A DNA stretch of 64,000 nt from an uncultured Planctomycetota bacterium (GTDB lineage: Bacteria; Planctomycetota; PUPC01), in NCBI GenBank assembly GCA_964385685.1, contig CAYLQD010000002.1, positions 20,704 to 84,703 on the forward strand. Reading direction: 5' to 3'. Shown here piece by piece: positions 35,639 to 45,742 of this stretch. A program made the position numbers and the translations under genes. The first letter of the stretch is position 1, and each line of letters starts with the position of its first letter. A model generated the notes under the pieces. That model worked only from the letters and a program-made list of their open reading frames with translations, was not told the DNA's origin and did no database searches.

Positions 35639-36599
35639 ACCAACAACCTCCGCCCTCCCCCGAGCCGTCCTTCAAAGCCGAACACCCTCGGGCAAACGAC
35701 GCGGCCGGCATCGCCTTGCGGCTCGCGGGCTGGACCTCGAGCAGTTCGACGGCGCCTTGCCCGGCCGCGATAACCAGCCGGTCGCCCGGCATCATGCAGA
35801 CCTGCCCGGCCTCGGCCTCGGGGGCCTCGACCGGTTCAGCCCGCAAGACCACGATCCGAATCGGCTCGGCCTCCGGCACGTGCAGCTCCGTGTGGGCGCC
35901 CGGCCAGGGCGTCATCGCCCGAATGTGCCGCACGATCTCGTCCGCCGGCTTCGCCCAGTCGATCAGGCCGTCCGCCTTGCTGAGCATCGGGGCGTACGTC
36001 GCTCGAGCGTCGTCCTGCAACTCGTATGTCACAGAGCCATCGGCAAACGCCCGCAGCACGTCGGCCAGGAGTTCGCCGCCAATCGTCGCCAGCCGCTCCG
36101 CGAGTTCACCGGCCGTCTCATCGGGCCCGATCGGCGTTGCCGCCTGGGCTCGCCGGTGCTCGTCGCCGCAGCGAATGATCTCGCCCGCGTCGAGTTCGGG
36201 CCGCAGCCGCATAAGGGTCACGCCGGCCTCTGCGTCGCCGGCGAGGATGGCGGCCGCGATCGGTGCCGCGCCGCGATGCCGCGGCAGGAGCGACGCGTGA
36301 ACGTTGATGCTGTCCACCCGCGCCGCGCCGAGCGCCTCCGGCGGAAGCAACTCGCCGTAGGCCGCGACGACCGTCAGGTCGGGCGCCAACTCGCGAAGCT
36401 GGTCGGAACATCGTTTGTCAAACCGCTCGGGCTGCTCGACGCGCAGCCCGCGTGTGAGCGCCAGCGCTTTGACCGGCGACGCGGCCGATTGCTTCCTGCC
36501 GCGGCCGCTGCGCCGATCCGGTTGTGTATACACCGCAACCACGTCGGACCGCGCCAGGCAAATCGTCAAACTCGGCACGGAAAAGAGGTCCGAGCCCAT
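35625..36599 (-). CDS. fmt: Methionyl-tRNA formyltransferase
   Basis: 'VVAVYTQPDRRSGRGRKQSASPVK', 'HASLLPRHRGAAPI' Fmt motifs. Confidence 0.85.
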   Translation of the reverse strand: MGSDLFSVPSLTICLARSDVVAVYTQPDRRSGRGRKQSAASPVKALALTRGLRVEQPERFDKRCSDQLRELAPDLTVVAAYGELLPPEALGAARVDSINVHASLLPRHRGAAPIAAAILAGDAEAGVTLMRLRPELDAGEIIRCGDEHRRAQAATPIGPDETAGELAERLATIGGELLADVLRAFADGSVTYELQDDARATYAPMLSKADGLIDWAKPADEIVRHIRAMTPWPGAHTELHVPEAEPIRIVVLRAEPVEAPEAEAGQVCMMPGDRLVIAAGQGAVELLEVQPASRKAMPAASFARGCSALKDGSGEGGGCWCGRS

Positions 36600-36753
36600 G
36601 AAGACGACGGTTTGCCTCGAACTCTCTCTCGACTCCAGAGGCCTGCCCTCGGCGCTAAATGGGCGCAGTCCCTCGCCGCTCTGCTAATTATACACCTGGC
36701 GCAGATCAATACAAACAGATTTCGTGCCCCATTTTCAGCGTCTGAGCCCTGTC

Positions 36754-36782
36754 TTGAAAGCCGACCGCGCGTCCTGTACCAT
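36754..36782 (+). promoter_or_regulatory. Promoter-like TTGAAA-17-TACCAT upstream of the M50 protease
   Basis: Read directly. Confidence 0.3.
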
Positions 36783-36811
36783 GAGTCGGTCACTGCGAGC
36801 AGGAGTCGTCG

Positions 36812-37717
36812 ATGGGCCGTTCGATCTTCATCTGCCGCGTCGCCGGAGTGCCCTTCAAGCTCCACTGGGCCTATTTCATCATCCCGATCTCCTGGATATT
36901 CCCCGCCCTGCTCGACGTTCGCGCCGACCCGAGCGGGCTCCTCGACGCCGTCGTCATCGTGCTGCTGCTGACCGTGTCGATTCTCCTCCACGAACTGGCC
37001 CACGCGATGACGGGCCGCGCGTTCGGAGCGCGTGTCGACAGCATCACGCTCTGGGCGCTCGGCGGTTTCACGGAGTTGTCGGGCATGTCGACGGCGCCCC
37101 GCGCACACGTCCTGATGGCGCTGGCCGGGCCCGCGTGCACCTGGGCGCTCGCGGGCCTCGGATATGCTCTCTCCGGAATGCCCGAGCCGGTGGGCCGGTA
37201 CATGTCAGCGGTCGCGTTCTTCGGCACCTGGATGGGCGTCCTCAACCTCGTGCCCGCGTATCCGCTCGACGGGAGCCAGGCCCTCGGGGCCGCCCTCCGC
37301 GCCCGCATGGGACAGGCCCGCAGCGACCTTCTGACCGCGCGCATCGGAATAGTCGCGGCCGCCGGCATCGTCCTCTACGGACTTCTCCAGGGGCAACCCT
37401 TCCTTGTCATCATCGGCATCATGTCGGCCCTGTTCTCCTATGACCTCCTCCAGCGGAATCGCTTCGCGGGCTACGCCGGCGGCCCCGGAACGTCTGCGGC
37501 CGGCGGCGACGACGTCCGCCTCTGGCGGCTTAAGAAGAGCGAACTCGACGCCGAGATCAAGCGCCGACGTGCGGCCGACCGCGCCGACCGGGAGGTCCGT
37601 GAGCGCGTCGACGAGCTTCTGAGGCAGATCAACGAGAAGGGAATGGACTCCCTGACCGAGAAGGACCGCTCGTTCCTCGACGCCGCAGCCCGGCGATTCC
37701 GGAAGCAGGGCCGCTAA
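36812..37717 (+). CDS. Site-2 protease family (peptidase M50) membrane metalloprotease with C-terminal coiled coil
   Basis: 'HELAHAM' HExxH in a TM helix, multiple TM segments, 'LDGSQA'. Confidence 0.7.
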   Translation: MGRSIFICRVAGVPFKLHWAYFIIPISWIFPALLDVRADPSGLLDAVVIVLLLTVSILLHELAHAMTGRAFGARVDSITLWALGGFTELSGMSTAPRAHVLMALAGPACTWALAGLGYALSGMPEPVGRYMSAVAFFGTWMGVLNLVPAYPLDGSQALGAALRARMGQARSDLLTARIGIVAAAGIVLYGLLQGQPFLVIIGIMSALFSYDLLQRNRFAGYAGGPGTSAAGGDDVRLWRLKKSELDAEIKRRRAADRADREVRERVDELLRQINEKGMDSLTEKDRSFLDAAARRFRKQGR

Positions 37718-37757
37718 GTACCTGAATCCAAACGAGAAACAGCCGAAACGGCATGGG

Positions 37758-39416
37758 ATGGCCGCGCGCGTTGACACGGCGCCCGACCGCCCCTATAATT
37801 CCACGTCTGCCGGAACCTTTGAGGGTCCCGCATCTGTGAACATATCGCTCTTCTACGACTGGGTCGAGGAGGGGCTTTTCGGGGAGGGTGAACTCGCCCA
37901 CCTGGCGGCCGACATCGTCGACGAAGCGACCGCCCGCGATGCGCCCGGCGAGTTCGAGCCCGGTGAACGCGTCGAAGAAGCCCTGCTCGAATCCGCCTGG
38001 CGCGCCGCCGAAGACGAACAGCCCCTTGTCCGCGCCCGGACGGCCGTGCTCCTCGGCCGCCTCGGCTATGCACCGGCCGCCCCCGCGCTCGACCAGGCCG
38101 AGCAGTCCGACGACGGGATCGTCGCCAACGCGGCCGCCATCGTCCTCGGCCGGCTCCGCGGCGTTGATGAGGAGCGACTCGCCAAACTCATCGCCGTCAC
38201 GAAGGATCCAGCAGCCTCACGCGAGCTGCGGACCGCGGCCGCGCAGTCCGTTGCGCTCACGCACACGCCCGAAGCCATCGCGGAACTCATCCGCATCGCC
38301 ACGTCCGAAGACTCTGACCTGGCGCAGTACGGCCTCGAGGGTCTCGGCCACGCGAAGATCGACCCCGTGTCGCCGGACCACGACCGCGCCTTCGAGGCGT
38401 TGATGGCCGCCCTCGAAGTGTCCGATTCGGCACTCCAGAGCGCCGCCGCCGAGGCGCTCGGCCAGTTCGGCGATACCTCCGCCATCAAGCCGCTCGAGGC
38501 CGTGCTCATCGAACGCGACCCGACCGTCCGGCGCCGCGCCCTCTTCGCGCTGGCCAAGCTCGGAGCCGAGAGCGCCAAGCCGCCGCTCATCCGGATGGTG
38601 CGCGATTTCTCCGTGCCCGCGCGCTGGGAGATCATCGACCTGCTCGGCCGATACTACGGCGAGATGATGGCCGAGACCGTCGCCGTTGCCGCCGAGGACA
38701 AGGACCCCGAGATCCGCGATCACGTCGTCGCAGCGCTCGGCCGGATGAAAGGGCCCGGGTCTCTTCAGCTTCTCGAGAAGATTGCGCAAGCGGACAAGGA
38801 TGACTTCGTTCGCGAGCAGGCGGAAAACGCCCTCGACCGGCGCCGCGAGCAGATGGCCGCCGGGCCGGAGCCCGCCGACGTGCTGATAGAGGAGTTGGCC
38901 GAGCCCGAGGGAGCCGCGCCCCCGCCGCCGGAGCCCGCGCCCGTCGAGGCGGCGCCTCCGCCGCCGCGCCCAACAAGCCGGCTGCGCCCCCTGTTCGCCG
39001 GAGAGGCGGAGCCCGAGCCGGCCGCGGAGCCCGGGGCCGAGGAATCGAAGACCGCGCTGGAGCAGGCCCTCGAATCGATGGAGTGCTCGTGGTGGCTCGA
39101 CGGAGCCGGCTATCAGGTCGACCTCTCCATCGGGAGGGACAAGGTCAAGGCGAGCATTCTGCTCGGCGAAGTCGACTACGACGACGCCCCCCTCTACCGC
39201 TTCCTCATCAACTGCGGGCGGGTCCGCCCCGGGTCGTTCGAGCCGGCGCTGCGGAACAACCGCGACCTCGACTACGGGTCGCTCGCCATCGCCGACATCA
39301 ACGGCGCCCCCTGCTATATGCTCGTCGACACGTTGCTCGTCACCGAGGCATCCACGACGAGCGTCCGAAAGACCCTGACGTCACTCGCCCACTCCGCCAT
39401 CGCCCTTCGCGGCTAG
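37758..39416 (+). CDS. HEAT/PBS-lyase-repeat protein, hypothetical
   Basis: Repeated 'VRARTAVLLGRLG', 'VRRRALFALAKLG', 'IRDHVVAALGRM' HEAT-like units. Acidic/Pro-rich linker. C-terminal globular domain. Confidence 0.5.
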   Translation: MAARVDTAPDRPYNSTSAGTFEGPASVNISLFYDWVEEGLFGEGELAHLAADIVDEATARDAPGEFEPGERVEEALLESAWRAAEDEQPLVRARTAVLLGRLGYAPAAPALDQAEQSDDGIVANAAAIVLGRLRGVDEERLAKLIAVTKDPAASRELRTAAAQSVALTHTPEAIAELIRIATSEDSDLAQYGLEGLGHAKIDPVSPDHDRAFEALMAALEVSDSALQSAAAEALGQFGDTSAIKPLEAVLIERDPTVRRRALFALAKLGAESAKPPLIRMVRDFSVPARWEIIDLLGRYYGEMMAETVAVAAEDKDPEIRDHVVAALGRMKGPGSLQLLEKIAQADKDDFVREQAENALDRRREQMAAGPEPADVLIEELAEPEGAAPPPPEPAPVEAAPPPPRPTSRLRPLFAGEAEPEPAAEPGAEESKTALEQALESMECSWWLDGAGYQVDLSIGRDKVKASILLGEVDYDDAPLYRFLINCGRVRPGSFEPALRNNRDLDYGSLAIADINGAPCYMLVDTLLVTEASTTSVRKTLTSLAHSAIALRG

Positions 39417-39423
39417 CCGTTCC

Positions 39424-40167
39424 TCACAGGTGCCTCAGCGTTCGCAGCTCCTTCCCCAGCGTATAGGTCTCGTATTGATTGAGGAACCTGCGGATGCGCT
39501 TCGCCGCCGCCGGCGAGAGCCGGATGCGGTCCAGGCGCGTCGTCTTCCCGACCGCGAGCCGCTCGAGCAATCCCAACGCGCCGGGCGAGACCTTCTCGAT
39601 CAGGTCCGGCTCGCCGGGCGCGCACTCGCGGCACATGATCCCGCCGCGCGCCGGCGAAAACGCGACCCCCCTCCCCCGCCGCTCCTTCCCACACGACACG
39701 CATCGGCCAAGCTCCGGCAGGAACCCGCACAGCGCCAGCAACCGCGCCTCGAACGCGAACAGCGCCAGCGCCGGATCAACGCCCTTGTTCAGCCGCCGCA
39801 TGACGAGCAGCAGTTCCTCGAACAGCTCCTCGCTCGGATCCTCCTGAGCGGTCATGTTCTCGACAAGCGCGGCCGCGTGGCACGCGGCGTAGTAGCTCGG
39901 GAGCGACCGGCGGATGCGCGGAAACGTCTCCTGCGCGGCCGCTTCAGAGAAGATGTGCATCCGGTCACGCCGACCGCGCGACACGAACACCAGCTCGCAG
40001 TGCGAGAAGAGGTCGACGTGGCCGATCGCCCGGCTGTACTTGCGCTTCACGCCCTTCGCGAGCACGACGAGGCGGCCGTGCCCGCGCGTGAAGAACGTCA
40101 TCACGCGGCTCGTCTCGCTGTACTCCGCATAGCGGATCGTGATCGCGTCAGTCCGTTCGTACGGCAT
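39424..40167 (-). CDS. recO: DNA repair protein RecO
   Basis: N-terminal OB fold 'DAITIRYAEYSETSRVMTFFTRGHGRLVVLAKG', zinc finger 'CVSCG...CREC'. Confidence 0.8.
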   Translation of the reverse strand: MPYERTDAITIRYAEYSETSRVMTFFTRGHGRLVVLAKGVKRKYSRAIGHVDLFSHCELVFVSRGRRDRMHIFSEAAAQETFPRIRRSLPSYYAACHAAALVENMTAQEDPSEELFEELLLVMRRLNKGVDPALALFAFEARLLALCGFLPELGRCVSCGKERRGRGVAFSPARGGIMCRECAPGEPDLIEKVSPGALGLLERLAVGKTTRLDRIRLSPAAAKRIRRFLNQYETYTLGKELRTLRHL

Positions 40168-41950
40168 CCCACCAGCATCCGTTTCGGGGCGTGAAGTTCG
40201 CCTTGAGCAACTCGGTCGCGTCGCGGAAACTCAACTCGACGGGCGTGCCCGCCTTGAGCAGTTCGCCCGTCAGCCGCGCGTGCAGATAGCGGGCGGAGCG
40301 CTCGCGGCACGTCGTCGGCGGCGCCTCGGCGAGCAGCGAACGAAGAATGTCCACCGGCCGCGCCGCGGCCCGCCGGCGGCGCCGCCTCGTCTCCTTCCGG
40401 CAATTGACGACAACATCGTAGCCGACGGCGCCCTCGGCCGTGACCTGCTTGAACGTCTCGTGCTGCTTGTCGAGCGTCTGGATCGCGGCGACGTGAAATC
40501 CGGCCGCCTCGACGCCCCGCTGGATGGCCGCCCAGACGTCGGCCCGCGTGTTGTGGAAGACGAGCGTCATCCACCGCCCCGGCCGGAGCGCACGGTGAAT
40601 CTCGCCGAACGCCGCCGCCATCAGATCGCCGTACTCCACGACCCCCTTCGCCTGGCTCCGGCTGACGACCGCCTCGTCCCGGACACGCGTCCGCCACCCG
40701 AGCCAGCTCTCCCAGAGGAAGTTCAGCTCCGAATACATGATGTTCTGCCCGAACGGCGGGTCCGTGAAGACGTAGTCGATCGAGGCATCGGGGATGTTGG
40801 ACAGGTCGGCGGCGCTTTGCGTCGAGATGCGTAGCCGCGCGGCGGAGTCGGGCGGAACCTCGGCCGCCGCGCGGCAGAGGGCGCCGATCCGCCGCGCGAA
40901 CATCTCGAGCACGTTGATCTCGGCGCTGAAGCTCGGCAGGTACATCGTGCCGAGGATCGGGCCGGGGGCCATTCGCCGCGACGGGATGTACTTGATGAGC
41001 CGGGACGCGCGGACCATGATGGCGGTGACCGCGAAGAGCGCCCGGGCGCGGAACCTGACGGGGCGCAGCGTTGTCGCCGCGGCCCACAGCGCGCTCACGG
41101 CCTGGCGGTTTCGCGGTGTGAAGAGATCGGCCACGGTGCGGACTCCGCTCCGGCGCACGCGGCTCAACTCATCGAGCCCGAGCGGAATCTCGTCGGTCGG
41201 GAACCACAGGCCGTTGAGCGACGGCCTGGCCAACCGGACGCCGCTGCGCCCGCCGACGGGCGCCTCGGGCAAGTCGCAGCCATCGGGACAGCAGACGGCG
41301 GCCGCGACCGGACGGCTGCCGACGCGATCCTTGAGCTTCTTGACGACCTTCTTCCCGCAGGCGGGGCAGCGATAGCTCGAACGGACGCAGCGCTTCGAAT
41401 CAACCGCCGCGTCCCACAGCGTGTATCGCCTGGCACAGCGCGGGCAACGTAGCACGTCGCTCCAGATGACATACCGGACGGTCGCGTCGGCCCGGCACTC
41501 GGGGCAGCGTGTCCGGTAGAGCGGCTCGAGCGCCGGCCGCACCGACTCGAGCAGACCCTCGAGTACGGCGCGAAGTCCGTCCACATCGACGCCATCGCAG
41601 TTGTTGTATGCGAGGAATGTCGCGAACGGCGAGAGGTCGGAGAGGAGCGCCCGCCGGCCGCTCTTGAGCGCGGCGACGCCCGTCATGCCGGAGCCGCAGA
41701 ACGGGTCAAGCACGGTGTCGCCCGGCCGGGTGTAGTGCTCGATGTACGGCTCGATGGCTTCGGGCGGGACCTTGGTGTGGTACATGTGGGCGCGGTAGGC
41801 GGGCGAGCCCTTCGTCCCGCGGACGTCGCGCGCGAACGGCTCGGCCACGGAGCGCGCCCCCCGCCCCGGCACGGCGAAATCCTCGAAGTGCGGGTTCCGC
41901 CGAGGCGTCCACACCGGTTGCGTGTCGAGTCGGAGCCGCGGTCGCTTCAT
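40148..41950 (-). CDS. DNA amino-methyltransferase (N6-A/N4-C, alpha-class motif order) with zinc-ribbon-rich insert
   Basis: Motif I 'VLDPFCGSGMTGVAA'. About 300-aa insert with CPEC, CPRC, CPAC and CCPDGC pairs. Motif IV 'TDPPFGQN'. ATG 41950 overlaps the recD2 stop (ATGA). Its 3' end overlaps the recO start. Confidence 0.7.
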   Translation of the reverse strand: MKRPRLRLDTQPVWTPRRNPHFEDFAVPGRGARSVAEPFARDVRGTKGSPAYRAHMYHTKVPPEAIEPYIEHYTRPGDTVLDPFCGSGMTGVAALKSGRRALLSDLSPFATFLAYNNCDGVDVDGLRAVLEGLLESVRPALEPLYRTRCPECRADATVRYVIWSDVLRCPRCARRYTLWDAAVDSKRCVRSSYRCPACGKKVVKKLKDRVGSRPVAAAVCCPDGCDLPEAPVGGRSGVRLARPSLNGLWFPTDEIPLGLDELSRVRRSGVRTVADLFTPRNRQAVSALWAAATTLRPVRFRARALFAVTAIMVRASRLIKYIPSRRMAPGPILGTMYLPSFSAEINVLEMFARRIGALCRAAAEVPPDSAARLRISTQSAADLSNIPDASIDYVFTDPPFGQNIMYSELNFLWESWLGWRTRVRDEAVVSRSQAKGVVEYGDLMAAAFGEIHRALRPGRWMTLVFHNTRADVWAAIQRGVEAAGFHVAAIQTLDKQHETFKQVTAEGAVGYDVVVNCRKETRRRRRRAAARPVDILRSLLAEAPPTTCRERSARYLHARLTGELLKAGTPVELSFRDATELLKANFTPRNGCWWDAVRTD

Positions 41951-44142
41951 CGTCCTCGCAACCTCTCCGCGAGCCGTGTGCACCGCCGCCGGATGCGGTC
42001 GTTCCGCACGGCCATCCCCAGCGCCTTCTTGTCCCCGACGATCACCACGAGCCGGATGCCGCGCGTCACCGCCGTGTAGAGCAGGTTGCGTTGAAGCATC
42101 ACGTAGTGCTGCGAGGCGAGCCCGATGACGACCGCGGGGTACTCGCTGCCCTGCGACTTGTGCACGGAGATCGCGTACGCCGACTGCAAGCTGTCGAGTT
42201 CGTCGAACCCGTACGTGACGTGCCGGTCGTCGAACCGCACCGTGACCTTTTCGTCGATGCGGTCGATCTCCGCGACCCGCCCGATGTCACCGTTGAACAC
42301 GTCCTTCTCGTAGTCGTTCCGAATCTGCATCACCTTGTCGTTGGGCGCGAACGCGTTGCCGAACCGGTGGATCTCCGGCCCGGCACCGGGATTGAGACAG
42401 CGCCGCAGCTCGTCGTTCACGTTCGTCACGCCGGCGACGCCGCGGTACATCGGCACCATCACCTGGATGTCGTCGGCCGGGTCCATCTTGAACCGCTTCG
42501 GGATGCGATTGGTGCACAACTCCTTGATCGTCTCGAGCACGTCCTCGGGCGTGTTCCGCTCGATGAAGTAGAACCCCTCGGCCTCGGCGGGCCGCCCCGA
42601 GAGATCGGGCATCTCGCCGTGGTTGATGTGGTGCGCGTTCGTGATGATCGGGCTCCGCTCGGCCTGGCGGAAGATCTGCTCGAGCCGCTTCACGGGGAAC
42701 GCGCCGGACCGGATGATATCGCGGAGCACGTTGCCGGGCCCGACGGACGGGAGCTGGTCGACGTCGCCAACGAGCACGAGCACGGCCGTCAGCGGCACGG
42801 CGAGCAGCAAATCGCGCATCAGCGCGATGTCGATCATCGACGTTTCGTCGACGATCACGGCGTCGGCCTCGAGCGGATTCTCGGCGTTCATCGAGAACTC
42901 GCCCGTCGACGGGTTCCACTGGAGCATGCGGTGGATGGTCTTCGCCTCGTGCCCGGTTGTCTCGGCGAGGCGCTTGGCCGCCCGGCCGGTCGGCGCGGCC
43001 AGGAGAACCCGCATGCCCTTCTTCCGCAGGATCGGGATGATGCAGTTGACGATCGTCGTCTTGCCGACGCCGGGCCCGCCGGTGATGATCGTCACCTTGC
43101 TCGTCAGGACGGTCGAGACGGCCTCGCGCTGCGTCGGGTCGAGGTCGATCTTGTTCCGCTGCTCGGCCCAGCGGACCGCGGCGGGCGCGTCGATCTCCCG
43201 AAGCTCCGAGTCCGCCTGTCCGATGGCGTGGAGCAGTTGGGCCGCCTGCCATTCGGCGTCGTGGAGCGCGCACGCATAGACGGGCTCGTCGTCGAACGTT
43301 CGCTCGACCACGATACGGCCGTCGCGCTCTTCGTCGGCCAGCGCCGCCTCGACGACGTCGAACTCGACCTGGAGGAGTTCCGAGGCCTTGTGCACGAGGC
43401 GTTCGAGCGGAAACGCGACGTGCCCGTCGCTCGCGAGCTGTCCGAGCACATATTCGAGGCCGGCCCGGGCCCGTTCGAGCGAGTCGTGCGGGAAGCCGAG
43501 GTGTCGAGCGATCGCGTCGGCCTTCTTGAACCCGATGCCGCGGACCTCCGACGCGAGGCAGTATGGGTTCTGCTTGATGGCCTCGATCGCGGCGGCCCCG
43601 AACGTCTTGTAGACGCGCGAAGCGTAGGCGGCGCTGATCCCGAGCCCTTGCAGGAAGACCATCACGTCGCGGGCCGAGCGGTGCTCGCCCCACGACCGCA
43701 CGATGCCATCGAGCCGCCCGCGCCCGATGCCCTCGACCTCGAGCAGCCGCTCCGGGCTCTCGTCGATCACGTCGAGCGTCCGCTCGCCGAACTTCCGGAC
43801 GATCCGGCGCGCGAACTCCGGCCCGACGCCCTTGATGAGCCGCGACGCCAAATAGCGTTCGAGTCCCTTGAGCGTGGGCGGGGCGATCGAGCTGTAGCGC
43901 TCGACCGCGAACTGCCGGCCGAAACGTTTGTGGTTCGTCCATCGCCCCTCGACGAGCAGCGCCTCGCCCTCGCAGAGCGAGACGAACGCGCCGACGACGA
44001 TGATCGGCTCGCCGAGGCGGGTGGCGTCGTCGGGGAGGAGTTGTGCCACGGCGTAGTGCGTCTCGTCGTTCGAGTAGATCACCCGCTCGACAGTGCCGCG
44101 GATGGTCTCGGTCGGGCCTGATTGCTTGGCTGCGTTCGCCAA
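41947..44142 (-). CDS. recD2: RecD2-type SF1 ATP-dependent DNA helicase
   Basis: N-terminal OB/HhH ('LIKGVGPEFARRIV', 'VEGIGRGRL'), Walker A 'ITGGPGVGKTT', 731 aa as in RecD2/YrrC. Confidence 0.85.
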   Translation of the reverse strand: MANAAKQSGPTETIRGTVERVIYSNDETHYAVAQLLPDDATRLGEPIIVVGAFVSLCEGEALLVEGRWTNHKRFGRQFAVERYSSIAPPTLKGLERYLASRLIKGVGPEFARRIVRKFGERTLDVIDESPERLLEVEGIGRGRLDGIVRSWGEHRSARDVMVFLQGLGISAAYASRVYKTFGAAAIEAIKQNPYCLASEVRGIGFKKADAIARHLGFPHDSLERARAGLEYVLGQLASDGHVAFPLERLVHKASELLQVEFDVVEAALADEERDGRIVVERTFDDEPVYACALHDAEWQAAQLLHAIGQADSELREIDAPAAVRWAEQRNKIDLDPTQREAVSTVLTSKVTIITGGPGVGKTTIVNCIIPILRKKGMRVLLAAPTGRAAKRLAETTGHEAKTIHRMLQWNPSTGEFSMNAENPLEADAVIVDETSMIDIALMRDLLLAVPLTAVLVLVGDVDQLPSVGPGNVLRDIIRSGAFPVKRLEQIFRQAERSPIITNAHHINHGEMPDLSGRPAEAEGFYFIERNTPEDVLETIKELCTNRIPKRFKMDPADDIQVMVPMYRGVAGVTNVNDELRRCLNPGAGPEIHRFGNAFAPNDKVMQIRNDYEKDVFNGDIGRVAEIDRIDEKVTVRFDDRHVTYGFDELDSLQSAYAISVHKSQGSEYPAVVIGLASQHYVMLQRNLLYTAVTRGIRLVVIVGDKKALGMAVRNDRIRRRCTRLAERLRGR

Positions 44143-44221
44143 TACGAATCCCTGATAGCCACGTCGGTCGGAGCGATTCTAGTTGGCCCCGCGGGCGCAG
44201 TCAAGCGCACCCGCCGCGGGC

Positions 44222-45706
44222 CTACAGAATTCCGGAGAGAAGCTGCGCGACGGACTGCGCGAGCTTGACGATGCGCGGGCGGCGGCGGAACCGGTCGAGG
44301 TTGATCTCCTCACACACGGTGATGTCCGCCTCGAACTGCTCCCGTAGCGCCCGCGCGAACGCCTCGTTGTAGACGAACGCCGAGACCTCGAAGTTGAGGA
44401 GGAACGATCGCACGTCCATGTTGGCCGAGCCGACGCTCCCATAACGGCGGTCGACGGCGAGGGTCTTCGAGTGGAGGAAGCCGTCGGTGAGTTCGAAGAT
44501 CCGAACGCCCGCTTCGAGCAGCTCTTCATAGTACGAGCGGGCGGCGCTGGTCACGATGCGGACGTTGGACTTGCGCGGGAGCATGACGCGCACGTCGACG
44601 CCGCGCAATGCTGCCGTCTGAAGGGCCGTCACCATCGACCGGTCGGGCACGAAGTACGGCGTGGCGATCAGGATCTCCTCCTCGGCGGCGGTGAGGGCCT
44701 GGAGGTAGAGCTGCTGGATGGTCGGCCAGCGGCAGTCGGGCCCGGACGCGACGATCTGAACGAGCGCCTCGCCGCCGTGATCGATGTCGGGGAAATACGT
44801 CGCGTCCGCCGTCTGCCGCCCGGTCGTGAACATCCAGTCGGTCAGGAAGATCTGCTGGAGCGCGGCGACGACGGGCCCTTGGATCCGGAGATGGGCATCG
44901 CGCCAGCGGCCGGTGTCGGGGTCGAGGCCGCGGTACTCGTCGCCGATGTTCATTCCGCCGACGAACCCGAGGGCGCCGTCGACCACGGCAATCTTGCGGT
45001 GATTTCGGAAGTTGACGCGAGCGATGATGCGGCCGAACCGCGGCGGCTGAAACACGGCGACCTCGCCGCCCGCTCGGGCGAGCGGCTGGAAGAATCCCGA
45101 GCGGCACGCGCGCAGCGAGCCGACGCCGTCGACGAGGACGCGCACCTCGACCCCGGCGGCGGCGCGCTCGGCCAGCAGGTTGCGGATCTCGGTGCCGGTG
45201 CCGTCGGCGTTGAAGATGTAGTAGCCGAGATGAATGTGCGACTGGGCGGAGCGGATGGCTTCCTTGAGCGATTCGTACTTCGCGTCGGCGTCGAAGAAGA
45301 GCCGGACGTTGTTCCCCGGGAACGGATGGCCGGCGCCGCGGAACTGCGCGCTGTTCGCTCCCAGTTCGATGAGGGCCTGCTGCGGCGGCCGGACGGAACG
45401 CAGGACGGACTCGTCGAAGTCGGCAAGATGCTGCTCGAGGTACATCGTGAGCACCTCGTCGGCCTGTCGGTTGACCGCGGCGCGCGCGCGGAACTGCCGC
45501 CGGAAGCGCGTGCGGGCGAGCGCGTAGTAGGCGACGATGCCGACGAGCGGGAGGAAGGTGACGGTCATCAGCCAGGCGATTGTGGCGGCCGGCTCGCGGC
45601 GTTCGCTGAGCACGGCGAGCGCGACGGACCCGGCCTGGAGCACGATGACGGCGGACAGGAGCGTGTGCCAGTGGTCGGCGAGGAAGCTGAGGAGGTGCTG
45701 GAGCAT
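44222..45706 (-). CDS. cls: Cardiolipin synthase (PLD superfamily)
   Basis: Two N-terminal TM helices. Two HKD motifs 'NHRKIAVVDG..GGMNIGDEY' and 'LHSKTLAVD'. Confidence 0.85.
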   Translation of the reverse strand: MLQHLLSFLADHWHTLLSAVIVLQAGSVALAVLSERREPAATIAWLMTVTFLPLVGIVAYYALARTRFRRQFRARAAVNRQADEVLTMYLEQHLADFDESVLRSVRPPQQALIELGANSAQFRGAGHPFPGNNVRLFFDADAKYESLKEAIRSAQSHIHLGYYIFNADGTGTEIRNLLAERAAAGVEVRVLVDGVGSLRACRSGFFQPLARAGGEVAVFQPPRFGRIIARVNFRNHRKIAVVDGALGFVGGMNIGDEYRGLDPDTGRWRDAHLRIQGPVVAALQQIFLTDWMFTTGRQTADATYFPDIDHGGEALVQIVASGPDCRWPTIQQLYLQALTAAEEEILIATPYFVPDRSMVTALQTAALRGVDVRVMLPRKSNVRIVTSAARSYYEELLEAGVRIFELTDGFLHSKTLAVDRRYGSVGSANMDVRSFLLNFEVSAFVYNEAFARALREQFEADITVCEEINLDRFRRRPRIVKLAQSVAQLLSGIL

Positions 45707-45742
45707 GCGGTTCTCCAGTCTCGCGGGCGGACCGGACCCCGG

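Noticed and set aside
40148-41983. Restriction-modification system around the DNA methyltransferase
   Set aside because: No endonuclease-like gene (PD-(D/E)xK, HNH, etc.) is adjacent. The flanking genes are recD2 and recO, so I treat the MTase as an orphan within a repair operon.
42287-43942. 551-aa minus-strand ORF in an alternative frame of recD2
   Set aside because: The RecD2 frame carries Walker A and HhH motifs. This frame is Arg/Gly/Ala low complexity.
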